64,000 bases of DNA, taken from NCBI RefSeq assembly GCF_009914755.1, contig NC_060937.1; one strand, 5' to 3'. The notes beneath the pieces were generated by a model, which worked only from the letters and a program-made list of their open reading frames with translations, was not told the DNA's origin and searched no databases. Shown piece by piece: positions 40,764-54,767 of the stretch; within the stretch, counting starts at the first letter, position 1; the number at the start of each line of letters is the position of its first letter. This stretch comes from the human T2T-CHM13v2.0 reference genome, Homo sapiens. Both the position numbers and the translations under genes were made by a program.

Positions 40764-42401
40764 CCTCCAACAAGAATCAGATTATCCTTTGAAGCTTTGA
40801 AGTTTTGAAGCCAGGCATTAACTTCCTCTATGTTGCTAGGAAAGTCCTAGATTTCATCTTCTTTCAATATAAAACTTTTTCATCTACACTAATATCTGTT
40901 TAGTGTAGCCTTTATTAATTATTTAAGCTAGATCTTCTAAATAACTTGCTGCAGCTTTTACATTGACACTTGCTGCTTAACTTTGCACTTTCATGTTATA
41001 GAGACAGCTTTTTTCCTTAAGCCTTATGAACCAACCTGTGCTTTCTGCAAACTTTTCTTCTGTTACTCGTTACCTCTTTCCACCTTGATAGAACTGAAGA
41101 GAATTAGGGCGTTGTTCTATATTAGCCTTTGGGTTAGGGGAATACCATGGCTGGATTGTTCTTCCATTCAAATCAAGAACATGTTTTCCATATTAGCAAC
41201 AAATCTCTTTCATTTTCTCGTTGTTTGTGTACCCAATGTAATTGCACTTCTAATTTCCTTCAAGAATTTTTCCTCTACATCTACAACAATGATAACTTTT
41301 TAGCATAGAAGCTTAGTTTTCAGACTACTCCAGCTTTCAATATGCCTTCCTCACTAAGTTTAGCCATTTTTAATATTTGATATAAAGACATGAGAGACAT
41401 GAGATTCTTCACTTGAACACCTAGAGGCCATTTTAGGGTTATAAATTGGCCTAATTTTAATATTTTTGGGTCTAGGAGAATATGGCTGCCTGTGGTGAGG
41501 TTGAGAGACACAAGAATAGCTGGTGGGTGCATTAGTCAGAACACACACTTATTGATTCTATTCGTCTGTACTACATGGGTGTGGTTTGTGGTGCCACAAC
41601 CCACAATTAGAATTGTAACATGAAAGATCACTGATTTCAGATCACTAAAAGAAGTAACAATATTAAAAAAGTTTAAGACATTACAATAGTTGATAAAATG
41701 GCATTTAGAATGGTGAATTCTTTCCATAAAGTTTTCAATTTACTTTGCTCATGTCTATCAGAGGAATCACTATACATGACAGCTATAGCCTTATTAAATG
41801 TATTTCTTAAATAATAAAATTTGAAAGTTGAAATTGGTTTTTGATCTATGGGCTATGGAATGAATGTTCTGTGTCTCCATACTGAGACATGAAGTATGCT
41901 CTCCCATGTTGTTGAAAAAACAATGTTGATAGACTTGCTCAACACAGGGTTGCCACAAATCTTCAATATGTAAAAAATGCAATATCTATGAAGTGCAATA
42001 AAGCAAAGATCAATATAATAAGGTCTGCCTGTATATTTTTCTGTTTTTCAGGTATCTTTTAAAATTTGGACATTTGGTATTTCCCTGAAATTATTGTGAT
42101 TTTAGCTTTTTATTTAAGAATTTATCTTTTTTATTAAAATGTGTTTCAAGTGAGACTTTTCAGAAAAGTTAGTCTATAAAATTCTTAAAAAGGGGTTTAT
42201 TTAACTTTAGTAAACTTGATAACCATTCAGTCATTAGCAAACTTGCATTCATCACTTCTGTATACAGCACTGTGAAAAATTTTGAAAATATAATATGTAA
42301 GTTAAAAGTGGGTAACCAAAAACTATACCATTGAACAACTCACAATATCTAATACAATGGTTGGTATAAACTACATTATTTATCTCTATATATACTTAGA
42401 T

Positions 42402-42848
42402 TGATATTGACAGGGCAGGAGCATCGCAATCTTGGACAAGCACTGCCATTCTAAAGTTCACCTGGATCAAAAACTGCCTAAATCCAAAGGGCATCAGCCT
42501 AATGTCTAAGGTCAGCATGCCCATAAACCACAAATGAAATCTCAGACCAGAAAGATTCCAAACTCCTCCCCGACGACAGACATGCCAGCCCTGAGACATC
42601 TCCCCTCTGGCTGTAGAGATGTCAGCCCCAAAATAACTTCCCCTCCTACCAGAGATATTCCAACCCAGCCATAAACTTCTCCCCCATATGGAAACATTCC
42701 AAGCTCTCTTGTCAATAAATACTCTGTAAGAGACAGCACTCCTGACCAAAATCGGCCAGGACCCCCTCTCAGGTTTATTCTCCAAAATAAAACTGTCTGA
42801 CTGTTAAGCTGCTTTTCATGTTTCATTCCTCTTTCTTTAACTCTTACA
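42402..42848 (+). mobile_element. ERV1 solo LTR (MER66-like)
   Basis: TG..CA ends; ATCTTGGACAAGCACTGCCATT, internal CAGCCCC.AGATAAC repeats, AATAAA, CTTTAACTCTTACA. Confidence 0.75.
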
Positions 42849-45800
42849 GATATAAATGTATATTTGTGTATTTTGAATATTTATGTTTATTTACATATTA
42901 AAATTTATGTTTCATGCATACAAAAACACATAAACACAAAGAGAGAGGATAATCCAAAGATGATATTCTCTCGAATACGAGATTTAAATGTGATGGGACG
43001 TCTTACACATTGTCATTTATTTTAGCTATTCTTGCTTTCTTCTTATCAAAAATATAACTGTTGCCTAATATTAATTTTGTTTTACATTGTTTAATATTTT
43101 TACTCACGAATTTTACTTACTTTAAGATAGACCTTAAATTCAGACTATAATCTGAAGTTTAAACTTTGAGAATAGAAAATATGTATATTCTGAGTAATAG
43201 TAACAAAAATTTATACTGATATTAATCATAATTATATTAAATAAATAACAATACTATGATAAGTTAACCTTCTAATACAGTAATAATTACAACTTTTTCA
43301 GGGAATATGTGACTTTTGTTTCTGTTATTTGACAACCAGTATTGTTTGTTAAAATAAAACCATCAAGCATCAGGAATCATCTCTGGGTGAAGGATTAACT
43401 AAAGTTAATCAATCAGAGTGACAGTGAAACCTGGCTATATGTGGATTTTACCTGATTGATGATTGGATAATAACTTATTTTCCATCCTAAGGAAAAAAAA
43501 TGCTGCTATGCTGTCAATAACCTGCAGTTAATTCCAGTTAATTCCTACTACTGCCATATCAGAATGTATTCAACCAATTTAGACTTCATGCTTGTTAGCT
43601 GGATTGTATTCACATAATAAGATGAACAGCATCAGAAAGTGATACCTTGATAAGAGGACTCTGGCCTTACTACTCTTACTATGTCTGTTATTTGCAGAAA
43701 TGCACAAATATACTTATATATGCAGTTGCATCGTTTTTTCTATAATACTGTAGAGCACAGCACTGTGCTTGGTTTCAAATATCAGGAAAGGACTCCAACT
43801 ACATAGAAGATAGCAACATCATTGTTATCCCAACCACCAGAAAGAGCAGTCCAAACACTTCTGCTTACTGTACTGTGGTATTGGAGTTACCAAGAAAAAC
43901 AAAACAATCACCATGTGAAACAATGCTTTTCTCACATAGAGAAGAAACAGCACAAAATTAGTTGCAATAGCATCAGTACCCCAGGGCTAGCAGGTAAACT
44001 CCCACTTCTCACTCTTACACGTACCCCCCTCATTCTGCAATAGAAGTACTCTGCCCATTCCCCTGTGGAGTCTAAAACAATAAAAACTAGGGGTACGCCT
44101 CAAGGCCATTGATGACATGCTTAAGGCAACAAAGGCACACACTGTATCTGAAACAGGGAAAGATATTCTCACGCAAGTGGATAAGGCATGTACAGGCTGT
44201 GTGCATGCTTTCATTCTTGTTAAGGAAGTGTTCCAGGCCTAAGGTCTATTCTTACATCATTAAGCACAGTTGAAACACTGCTGTATGAAGCTGCCTTTCC
44301 CAACAAATACACTTAATAAGTAGCAGGAACACAATCTGAAATACAACACAAGAGTTGTTAAACTCAAGGGTGAGAGATCAGGATACTTACTAGAAAGACC
44401 AGCAGAAAAAAATCAATATGGGTCCCAAAATGACTTTAGCAAAATAATAAAACAAAATAATTTACATAGAGAAATAGTAGTCTCTAGTAAAAAGAATTAT
44501 AATTTTCTCTAACTTGAGCAAATAAATTGAGAGTTATAAGCATGCTTTACCAATGAGTCAAGCACAAACTTATGTTGAAATAGTGAATCCCAAAAAGGCA
44601 GAAGCAAGTTAGCATAAGCTGTAGCATTATGTGGCATTTAGGAAGGAAGAGATTATCAAAGCATTGTAATGTAAATGATGGATACACACAAATCTAGAAA
44701 TATGTAATTAGTAAGTAGAATGTTTACCAGTTTTAGATACATGATGACAAATTCTGGTAAAAACAAAGCAAATAATATAAAAATTTCTGTGCATAAATCA
44801 GATTATCCAGATAATCTCAGCAGGATTATAAAAGGCAAATTATTTAAACCTAGCCTGATACCAAGAATCAAATTATATGATGAAATTAATCTAAATATTA
44901 AATGACACAGAGGATGGTTATTATTGTTGATATATTAAATTTTAGAGGTATAAGACATATTTGCCATGTTATTCAATTTCTCCACAGTGATCAAGAATAA
45001 AGTGAATTACAGAAACTAAAAATGACAGAGCTTATTTGTAAAACAATGAGGAACAAAGTATAGGATGCTGCACACATTTTCATCAGGTAGTTTTACTATC
45101 ACCTATTATTCATTGAATGAGTTGCAGTGCTCTCACTTGTGTTCACTTGGGAGATAAAAATGTTTATATAACCCTAAATAGTTTCTATGTGTTTATTAGT
45201 CTTTGGAAGAGCTTAATCAAAAACATGACTCAGAAGATAACAGAAACAGCCTTATGTTCAATTCATTACAAGTGGGAAAAAATTACCAGCTCCATTTCAG
45301 CAATCATAAAGATATATTAATAATATTTTGAGTCAACCTTCATTAAACTTCTGCAAACCCAGTCACCAATTCCAATTTCTAACCATCAGGAAATGAATAT
45401 TAAAGTAGATAGTTTGTGCAGTGAAGTCTAAAAACAAAAGAGAGGCAGAACAAATACTTCTGTGCCTTCAAGGAATTTTAATCCATTAAGAGAGCTAAAA
45501 TATACTCCAATTTAATTGCTAGAGAAAACAAGTTGAAATGTAGAATTTATGTTTTAACTGAGTACAGAGAACTGTTGAGTGGACATTAAGGTAATCCAAG
45601 GAACAAATTATAGTGGACTCCTCTATGACATGAATTTACACCTGTATATTAAAGAAAAGAGGGACCCAAATGATCTGATTGAGAAATAAAAATATTTCAA
45701 TACTGAGAATTTTATATGTTAAGACTCAAAGTGAAATACACAATTTCATAAAGTTGGTAAAAGGAAGGTAACCCCCTAATTTGACATTACAGGGGAGAAT

Positions 45801-45882
45801 GGGAAACAGAAAATATTGAATTTTAAAAATAAAGTTGATGGATTTATGTTCATACTTACATATCATAAATCTTAGTCATCTT

Positions 45883-45926
45883 ATACAAATACAGGCATAA
45901 CTTATAAGTTATGCCTGTATTTGTAT
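45883..45926. repeat. Perfect 44-bp palindrome
   Basis: ATACAAATACAGGCATAACTTA|TAAGTTATGCCTGTATTTGTAT. Confidence 0.97.
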
Positions 45927-45935
45927 TTGCATTTA

Positions 45936-46570
45936 CAGTATTCCCCTTTTATGGTCAATCAAGATCTAAAAGTATTCAATGGAAAATTCCAGAAATAAAC
46001 AATTCATGATTTTACATTGTGCAACATTGTAAGTAGAGTGAGGAAATCTTGCAGTCCTGCTCTATCCCATTTGGGATGTGAATCATTCCTTCATCCAGGT
46101 AGTCCACACTGTATAAAATACCCCTTAGACATTGATGTATTTACTCCTGACATGCAGCCATATGCATCTTCATGGCTTGATAATTTAGAAGCAAACGATC
46201 CCCTATACTTGCCTAATGCTAAATCACAACGCCTACCATCATTCACCTCACTTCATCTCATCACATTGTCACCTTATTCTCACATCATCACAAGAAGTAG
46301 AAAGATGATTACAGTAAAATATGTCAAGAGAGGAGAGAAATATCATATTACATAACTTTTTATGGTATATATTTATAATTGTTCTATGTCCTATTTTATT
46401 ATTAGTTGTTAATCTCATGTTGTCTAATTTATAAATTAAACTTTATCATAGGTATGTACGTATAGGAAAAAATATATATATAGGGTTCTGAACTATCTGA
46501 AGTATTAGAGAGACTGCTGGTTTGGAAACCTATTGCTCCCCATACCCCCTCAGATAAGGATGAACTACTG
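45936..46570. mobile_element. MER44 (Tigger7 derivative)
   Basis: TA|CAGTATTCCCC ... GATAAGGATGAACTACTG|TA; AATGGAAAATTCCAGAAATAAACAATTCAT. Confidence 0.85.
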
Positions 46571-46662
46571 TAGACTTACCTGGATTTCAGCTTTATGAGC
46601 ACTAGAATTTTGATTTTAATACTTAGTATCTAAATTTTTCAGCTAACTATGAATTTTGTTGC

Positions 46663-46862
46663 TTTTAAAAATAATTTCAACTTTCATTTTAGATATGGGG
46701 GTATGCAGGTACATTTGTTACATTGGAATATTGTGTGGGGTTCAGACCCTGTCATACAGTTGGTGAGCATAGCACTCAATAGGTAGTTTTATTAACCCAC
46801 TTCCTTTCCCTCCACATGCAGTGCCTATTGTTCCCATGTTTATGTCCATGTGTATTCAATGT
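46663..46862 (-). mobile_element. L1PA16-like 3' end
   Basis: CAACTTTCATTTTAGAT..GTGAGCATAGCACTCAATAGGTAGTTTT; interrupted by MST. Confidence 0.85.
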
Positions 46863-49267
46863 TGATATGGTTTGGCTCTGTGTCCTCACCCAAATCTCAA
46901 GTTGAATTATGATATTTAGTATTGGAAAAGGGGCCTGGTGGGTGGTGATTGGATTATGAGGGTGATATCCCCCTTGCTGTTTTGATAGTGAGTGAGTTCT
47001 CATGAGACCTGATGGTTTAAAAGTGTCTGGCACTTCCCCCATTGCTTTCTTTCCTTCCTGTCACCATGTAAAGGTGTACTTGCTTCCCCTTCACTTCCCA
47101 CCATGGTTGTAAGTTTCTTAAGGCCTCCCCAAACAATCCTCCCGTACAGCCTGTGGAAATGTGAGTCAACTAAACCTCTTTTCTTTATAAACTACACAGT
47201 CTCAGTCAGTTCTTTATAGCAATGTGAGAACAGACGAATACAGAAAATTGTTACCAGGAGGTGGGTACTGCCATAAAGATACCTGGCAATGTGGAAGCGA
47301 CTTTGTAACTGGATAATAGGCAGAGGTTGGAACAGTTTGGAGGGCTCAGAAGAAGACAGGAAGATGAGGGAAAGTTTGGAACTTCCTAGAGATGTGTTAA
47401 ATAGTTGTGACCAAAATGCTGATAGTGCTATGGATAGTGAAGTCCCATCTGAGAAGGTCTCAGATGAAGATGAGGAAGTTATTGGGAACCAGAGCTAAGT
47501 TCACTCTTGCTATGCTTTAGCAAAGAGACTGGTGGTGCCCCTGTTCTAGAGATCTGTAGAACTTTAAACTTGAGAGAGCTGATTTAGGATATCTAATTGG
47601 AAAAGTTTCTAAGCAGCAAAGCATTCCAGATGTAGCCTGGCTGATTCTAAAAGCCTACACTCATTTGCATAAACAAAGAAATGACCCAAAACTAAATCAT
47701 ATTTAAAAGGAAAGCAGAGCATAAACGTTAAAAAAAATTTGCAGCCTGACCAGGCGGTAAACAAACAAACAAAAACATTTTCTGGGGAGGACTTCAAGCC
47801 TGCTGCAGAAATTTGCATAAGTAAAGAGGAGCTAAATGTAAATACTCAAGCCAATGGGAAAAAGGCCTCCAAGACATTTCAGAGACCTACTCAGTAACCC
47901 CTCCCATCACAGGCCTGGAGGTCTAGGAGGAAGAAACAATTATATGGGCCAGGCACAGGGCTCCATTGCTCTGTGCATCCTTGAGACATGATTCCCCACA
48001 TCCCAGTCACTCCAGCTTTAGCTGTGGCTAAATGAGGCCAAGATACAGCTGAGGTCATTGCTTCAGAGGGTGCAAGCCCAAAGCCTTGGTGGCTTCCATA
48101 TAGTCTTGGGCCTGAAGGTTCACAGAAGGCAAGAGTTGAGGTTTGGGAACCTCCACCTAGATTTCAGAAGATGTACTGAAATGCCTGGATGATCTGGGAA
48201 AAGTTGGCTACAGGGGTAGAGCCCTTATGGAGAACCTCTACTAGGGCAGTGCAGAGACAATATGTGGGATTGAAGCCTCCACATAGAGTCCTCGCTTAGG
48301 CACTGCCTAGTGGAGCTTTGAGAAGAGGGCCACCATCCTCTAGACCCCAGATTGGTAGATCCACCAACAGCTTGCACCATGCACCTGGAAAAGCCACAGG
48401 CATTCAATGCCAGCCCACGAAAGAAGCTGCAGGTGCTGTACTCTGGACAGTCATGGGGATGGATCTGCTCAAGGCCTTGGGAGCCCATCTCTTGCATCGG
48501 TGTGCCCTGAATGTGAGACATGAAGTCAAGGAAGGTTATATCAGAGATTTAAGATTTAATGACTGCCCTGCTAGGTTTTGGACTTGCATGCAGCCTGTAG
48601 TTTCTTTATTTTGGCCAATTTCTCTCATTTGGGTATAGGAACATTTATCCAATGTATGTACTCCCATTGTATCTTGGAACTAACTTTTTTTTTTAATTTT
48701 TTTTTTTTTTTTTTCATTTTACAGGCTCATAGGCAGAAGAGACTTGCCTTGTCTTAGATGAGACTTTGGACATGGATGTTCAAATTAATGCTAAAATGAG
48801 TTAAGACTTTGAGAAACTTTTGGGAGGGCATGATTCTGTTCTGAAATGTGAGAACATGAGATTTGGGAGGGGTCAAGGATGGAATGATATGGTTTGGTCC
48901 TGTATTCCCACCCAAATTGTATGTTGAATTATGATCTTAAGTGTTAGAAGAGGGGCTTGGTGGAAGGTGACTGGGTCATGGGGACAGATTTTCCCTTGAT
49001 CTTCTCATGATAGTGAGTGAGCTCTCATGAGATCTGATGATTGAAAAGTGTGTGACACTTCTACCTTCACTCTCTGTCTCTCCTTTCACATGTGAAGATG
49101 TGCTTGCTTCCCCTTTGCCTTTTGTCATTTTTTTAAGTTTCGTCAAGCCTCCCCAGCGATGCCTTCTGCACAGCCTGCAGAACATGAGTCAAATAAACCT
49201 ATTTTCTTTGTAAACTACACCTTCTCAGGTAGTTTTCTTTGCAGCAATGTGAAAGTGAACTAGTATA
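46863..49267 (+). mobile_element. Full-length MST(A) MaLR provirus: LTR 46863-47242, internal 47243-48884, LTR 48885-49267
   Basis: Two TGATATGGTTTGG LTR starts, PPT TTTGGGAGGGG, exact 5-bp TSD AATGT at 46858-46862 and 49268-49272. Confidence 0.95.
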
Positions 49268-50365
49268 AATGTTCAGCTCCCACTTATAAATGAGAACATG
49301 CAGTATTTAGTTTTGTTTCTGAATTAATTTGTTTAGGATTATGGCCTCTGGCCCCATCTGTGTTGCTGCACAAAAACATGATTTTATTCTTTTTCATGAC
49401 AGTGTAGTATTCCGTGATGTATCTGTGCCACATTTTCTTTATCCAATTTATGATTGATGGACAACTGATTTGATTCCATGTATTTGCTATTTTGAATAGC
49501 ACAGTAATGAACATACAAGTGTATGTGTGTCTTTATGGTAGAACAATTTATTTTACTTTGGGTATATGCTCAGTAATGGGGTTTCTGGGTCTAATGGTAG
49601 CTCTGTTTAAGTTATCTGGAAAATCTCCAGACTGCTTTCCACATTCACACCAACAGTGCTTAAGGATTCCCTTTTCTCCACAGCTTCACTAGCGTCTGTT
49701 GTTTTTTGACTTCTTAATAATGACCACTCTGACTGCTATGTAATGTTATCTGATTGTGGGTTTGATTTGTATTTCTCCAATAATTAGTGATGCTGAACAT
49801 TTTGTAGAATTTTTTTTTTTTGGCCACTTGTATATCTTCTTTTGAGAATTGTCTGTTTTTGTCTTTTGCCCATTTTTCGATGGGGTTAGTTGTTTTTTGT
49901 TTGTTGATTTGCTAAGTTCCCATATAAATTCTGTATAATAGGTCTTTATCGAGTGCACAACTTGCAAATATCTTCCTCCATTCTGTATGTTGCCTGATTA
50001 CTCTACTGGTAGTTTATTTTGCTCTGCAGAAGCTCTTCAGTTTATTTGGGTCCCGCTTGTGTATTTTTTATTTTGTTATAATTGCTTTTGGAAACTTAGC
50101 CAAAATCTTTTGCCAAGGCTGATGTTGAGAAGTATATTTCCTAGGTTATTTTCTGGGATTTTTATGTATGAGGTCTTAACATTTAAATCTTTAATCCATT
50201 TTGAGTTTATTGTTGTATGTGACAAAAAACAGAGGTCTAGCTTCAATCATCTGCATATGGCTAGCCAGTTATTCCAGCACCATTTATTGAATCGGAAGTC
50301 CTTCCCACATTGCCTTTTTCTGTTGGCCTTGTCAAAGATCAGATTGTTATACGTGTATGGCTTTA
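49268..50365 (-). mobile_element. L1PA16-like continuation (3'UTR and ORF2 end)
   Basis: Resumes at CAGCTCCCACTTATAA exactly where the MST interrupted; [16 protein letters not shown]. Confidence 0.92.
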
Positions 50366-50740
50366 CACGGAGAACTACGCAACGCTGCTGAAAAAATAAG
50401 AGCGGACACAAATGAATGCAAAAATATTCCATACTCATGGATTGGAAGAATCAAAATATAAATGACCATACAGCCCAAAGCAATTTACAGATTTGATGCT
50501 ACTCCTATCAAACTACCAATTTCATTCTTCACAGATCTAGAAAAAACTATTCCAAAATTTGTATGGAAGCAAAAAAAGCCCAAATAGCCAAGCAAAAAGA
50601 ACAAAGCCAGAGGCATCATGCTACTCGACTGCATACTGTACTATAACACCACAGACACAAAAACAGCATGGTACTGGTACAGAAACAAACACATAGATCA
50701 ATGACACAGAATAGAAAAGTCAGAAATATAGCTGCATAAA
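50366..50740 (+). mobile_element. Inverted L1 ORF2 segment of the same element
   Basis: CTCATGGATTGGAAGAATC..ACAGCATGGTACTGGTAC..CAGAATAGA in sense orientation. Confidence 0.9.
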
Positions 50741-51719
50741 CATTTTGCATTTGTTTAAGGAGAAATGTGTGGCAACAAAAAGGATTTGGTTAATAATTGT
50801 GTCAGTCACATTTTGTATTGATAGTCAGTTTTAAATGATCTTACCCTACATTATTTTATTTCATTCCACATGAAATTTTTTTTGAGAAATTGGTGCTAAT
50901 CATATCATATTGTGTACATTTTATGACCCAGTAGTTAACAAAATAGACAAAAGTTGCAGACCTTGAGAAGCTTATGCCTTAGTGGAAAGAGACAAAGAGT
51001 AAACTTACCAGAGTAAGTGAGTAAATAATGGTGACAGGGCTATGTAAAAGAAAGTGGGAGATCATGATTGAGTCCCAAGGTCTTTCAATTATAACCAGGG
51101 TTTTCAGGGTTGGCTCTGATCTACTTCTTCTGCCTTTGCTCAGATGTTTGAAGAGAAATTATAATTGCCTTCATTGCTGCAAAATGCCTTATTTTCTTCT
51201 AGTATATTTTACAAAATATTACCTTTTTTGCTGAACTAGATCTGAAAATAGTGCATGTTGCTAAAGTTCTTTAGCAAATTGTTCTCTTCACTATGCTCAA
51301 TAAGCAGTTTACAGAAAAATTACATAATTTTCTCAAATAATACATTTTTCTAACTACAATTACCCATTTATTCTTAAATGTCTGACATTCATTCTTCTAT
51401 TGCCTGGATAACAAACTATTGTAATATTTTAATTACATTATATTTGTTTTTATGTTCCATTTAAACTTAGTTATTAATGGCATGCCTCTTTTTATAGAAA
51501 CAGAAATGTATGCAGCATCACACATTTATTATTAATATTATATGTTAATGATATTGAGCCTACACAAACTTAAATGTATTATACCACAATGATTCTTTTT
51601 AAAACATCTAGTGTTTGCTGTGTTTTTCTATCTGTACTTATGGTTTTTTAAGTTATTTTTCTGTGTGGGGTTTGGGGCTGCCTGTCTGTGATCTGAAGAA
51701 TTTACTGAGAATGTATTCT

Positions 51720-52205
51720 CAAAGCCAAAGCCAGCAGAAAATCATCTGCTGTACTCTCTGACCTTTGCTTCATTCTCTTCTCTCTCCCTTTGACCCTTTG
51801 TTTTGAGTCTGTGAGCTGCATTTATAAGGGCCTTGTGAATAAATTGAACACACTTGGGTAATCAGTTTAACGTCAGCTGACTAGCAAACTTAAATTCTTT
51901 CTTCAGAGCCAGCAATGACAGGTGAAGTCTTTCTCAAATCCCCTCACTTTTTCTCCATTTCATCTTCACATCTTGTTCTTTGATTCTCTGTTTTTCTGCC
52001 ATCCTCTTCCACGTTTCAGGACTTCATTATTATATTGGCCCCACCTTGGAATTCCAGGTTAATTTCTCTACTTTAAGATTAGCTGATTAATAATCTTAAT
52101 TATAACTTCAACCTTAATACCTCTTTACTATGCCACCCAACATGTTCACATGTTCTGAGAATTAAAATATGAACACTTTTGGGAGGCATTATTCTGATTA
52201 CCACA
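51720..52205 (-). mobile_element. MLT1D-like MaLR LTR fragment(s)
   Basis: AGCTGATTAATAATCTTAATT..GGGAGGCATTATTCTGATTACCACA. Confidence 0.7.
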
Positions 52206-53199
52206 TGGTTACAACAAAAGTATGGAATCTTATAAATAGTTGTTAAGCACAGTATTTTTCAGAATTGTAAAGAAATATTATTTTAAAATTTTCCATATGG
52301 TTTTCTTCTTAATGCATGAGTGATTCTACAGCATTCTTGACATATGGTTTTCCTGAGAGGAACATTTTGCAAATATTCTTATCCATCTCGTTAACACTAT
52401 TTTGATAAAATTAAAATCTGTATTTTAAATTTCATAAAATATCTCTTTCACCTCTCCTTTTAGTTTGTATAAATTCCTTGTGATTTATTCCCTCTGCCAC
52501 CATTTCTTGTTTTTTCAAATTATTTCAGCAGAATATTTATTTATTTGAGAAATATTTATTCATTTGAGTAGATCTATATAATAATCCATTAAAAATCCAG
52601 TGTAATTTTCTTATTGTCAAACTTTCTTCTGTGAAATATTTTTCTATTAGAAGTCTTATAGTTTTCCACGTTCAAAGATATCTGACTGGCAAGAAGCCAG
52701 GGATGGTCCCATTCAGATAGTCTCTAGGCCTCATCACATATGATCCTGCCAAGTAGGCCCAGGTTGATTAGATTAGAGATGTGGACTCCCAATGTTATCA
52801 ATCTATAATCTGCTTATTGTCACTTATGAGAAAAAGAATTCTGCTCAAAGACTTTGCCTATACACTATACGGTAGTGATTACCTACCCAAATCAATCCTG
52901 TCTCCTGGGCACTTGTAATTAGAAACACAGATAGAGATGGAGACTATGTTGATTAAAGAGATGGAGCCAACAAAAAGAAGTGTTAATAAAGAAAAACTGA
53001 ATCAAGGGTGACAGAATTCACAGTATACAGCTAAATTGACATTACAATAACATCTTGTCTACACAGCCTGAAAATGAACCACCCTTAACTGTTAAAACTC
53101 AGTATTTTTCTCCTTACCAACAAAATGAGTTAAATTTACTTATATTTACAGGAAGATAAAAGTTAAAGTGTTCACAAAATGGGACAGGGGTTATATAGT

Positions 53200-53745
53200 C
53201 CAAAAATAGATAAATGGATAAAGAAGATGTGGTACATATACACAATGGAACATTATTCAACCATAAACAATAATGAAACTTTGTCATTTGCAACAACGTA
53301 GATGGAACTGAAACACATTATGTTAAGTGAAATAAGTCAGGCACAGAAAGACAAATTTTGCATGTTCTGATTATGTGGGAGATAAAAATTTAAAAAAAAA
53401 CTCGATATAGAGACTAGAATGATGATTAGCAGAGGTTGGGAAGGTAGTGAGGAAAGAGGGGTAAAGTGAGAATGATTAATGCGTATAAAAATAAAATTGG
53501 ACAGATCTAGTACTTAGTAGTGCAGTGGGGTGGCTATAGTTAACAATACTTTATTATGTATTTTTAAATAACTAAAAAACTGGAATTGGAATGTTTCTAA
53601 CACAAAGAAGTGATCAATGCTTGAGGTGATACATACTCTAATTTCCCTGAATTGGTTATAACACATTGTATTTCTACATCAGAACATCACATGTAGCAGA
53701 TAATTATATACAACCATGGGATACCTATAATAATTTAAAACTAAG
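53200..53745 (+). mobile_element. L1MA2/3-type 3' end
   Basis: AAGTGAAATAAGTCAGGCACAGAAAGACAAA..CTAACACAAAGAAGTGATCAATGCTTGAGGTGAT. Confidence 0.88.
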
Positions 53746-54263
53746 AAATTTGGAGCAATGGCTTGAAAAATTTTTAAAACCAAAGAATATCTAACTCAGT
53801 AAAATTGAATGAATATTTATAGTGTGTTAATTCATCTTCTGCAAGTGTTCATATACATCAAACTACATCAAACTTTATTCCTACAAAAACCTTTGAGATA
53901 GGCTATAAGAATATATTTCAGTTTCTCAGTTTTAGGCAATATAATACATACTTTAGAGTTATACAGAGGCAGAATTTGAAAATAACCTCTTCATTTCTAA
54001 TTCCATGTTCTTCATACATTTGAAATGTTATACATATTTCTTCAATTAGAAAAAATAAGAACAACAAAATTTTAGATGAAAAACAAGAGACTCTTTCTAA
54101 CTTTCTAACATGATCACCAACTAAGCATATGCAAAATAAAAGAGAAGGCTATAGAGGAAAACTATCTGTAAGTGCTCTAACAATTATTATCTTTTTAATT
54201 GAGTATCTTTTTTATTCAGTATCAGGAAAGAAATAAATCATGTAGTAGTTTGCATTGGAGAGC

Positions 54264-54727
54264 TGTCATGGTTACTTTTATGTGTAAAAGTGACTGGGCT
54301 ATGGGGTGCCCAGGTATTTGGTTAAATATGCTGTGTGTGTCTGTGAGAATGTTTCTAGATGAGATTAATACTTGATTTGGTAGAGTGAGTAAAGAAAAAT
54401 TGACCTCCCTAATGTGGGTGGGCCTCATCAAATTCATTGAAGGATTGAATAGAACAAAAAAGCTGAGTTAGGAAGATTGCCTCTCTCTCTCTCTCTCTAT
54501 GTGACTGTCTTTTAGTAGGACCTCAGTCTTCTCCTGTCTTTAGTTTGAGACTCAGACTGGGCCTTATACACATACACAATCAGCTTTCCTGCTTCAGACT
54601 CAGGTTGAAACTATACCATACGTTTCCCTGTGTCTGAAAACCGTGTTAACTGCAAATCATGGGGCTTCTCAACTTCCATAATCACATGATCCACACAATC
54701 TTATTCCTTATAATTTCTCTCTCTCTT

Positions 54728-54767
<40 letters not shown>

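Larger units (their letters stand above)
38987..42031 (-). mobile_element. Full-length Tigger1 (TcMar/pogo) DNA transposon
   Basis: TA|CAGGCATAC ... GGTCTGCCTG|TA termini; transposase remnants; length about 2.4 kb after removing the two inserts. Confidence 0.93.

Noticed and set aside
42396-42826. 129-aa and 94-aa minus-strand ORFs
   Set aside because: Antisense reading of a solo LTR.
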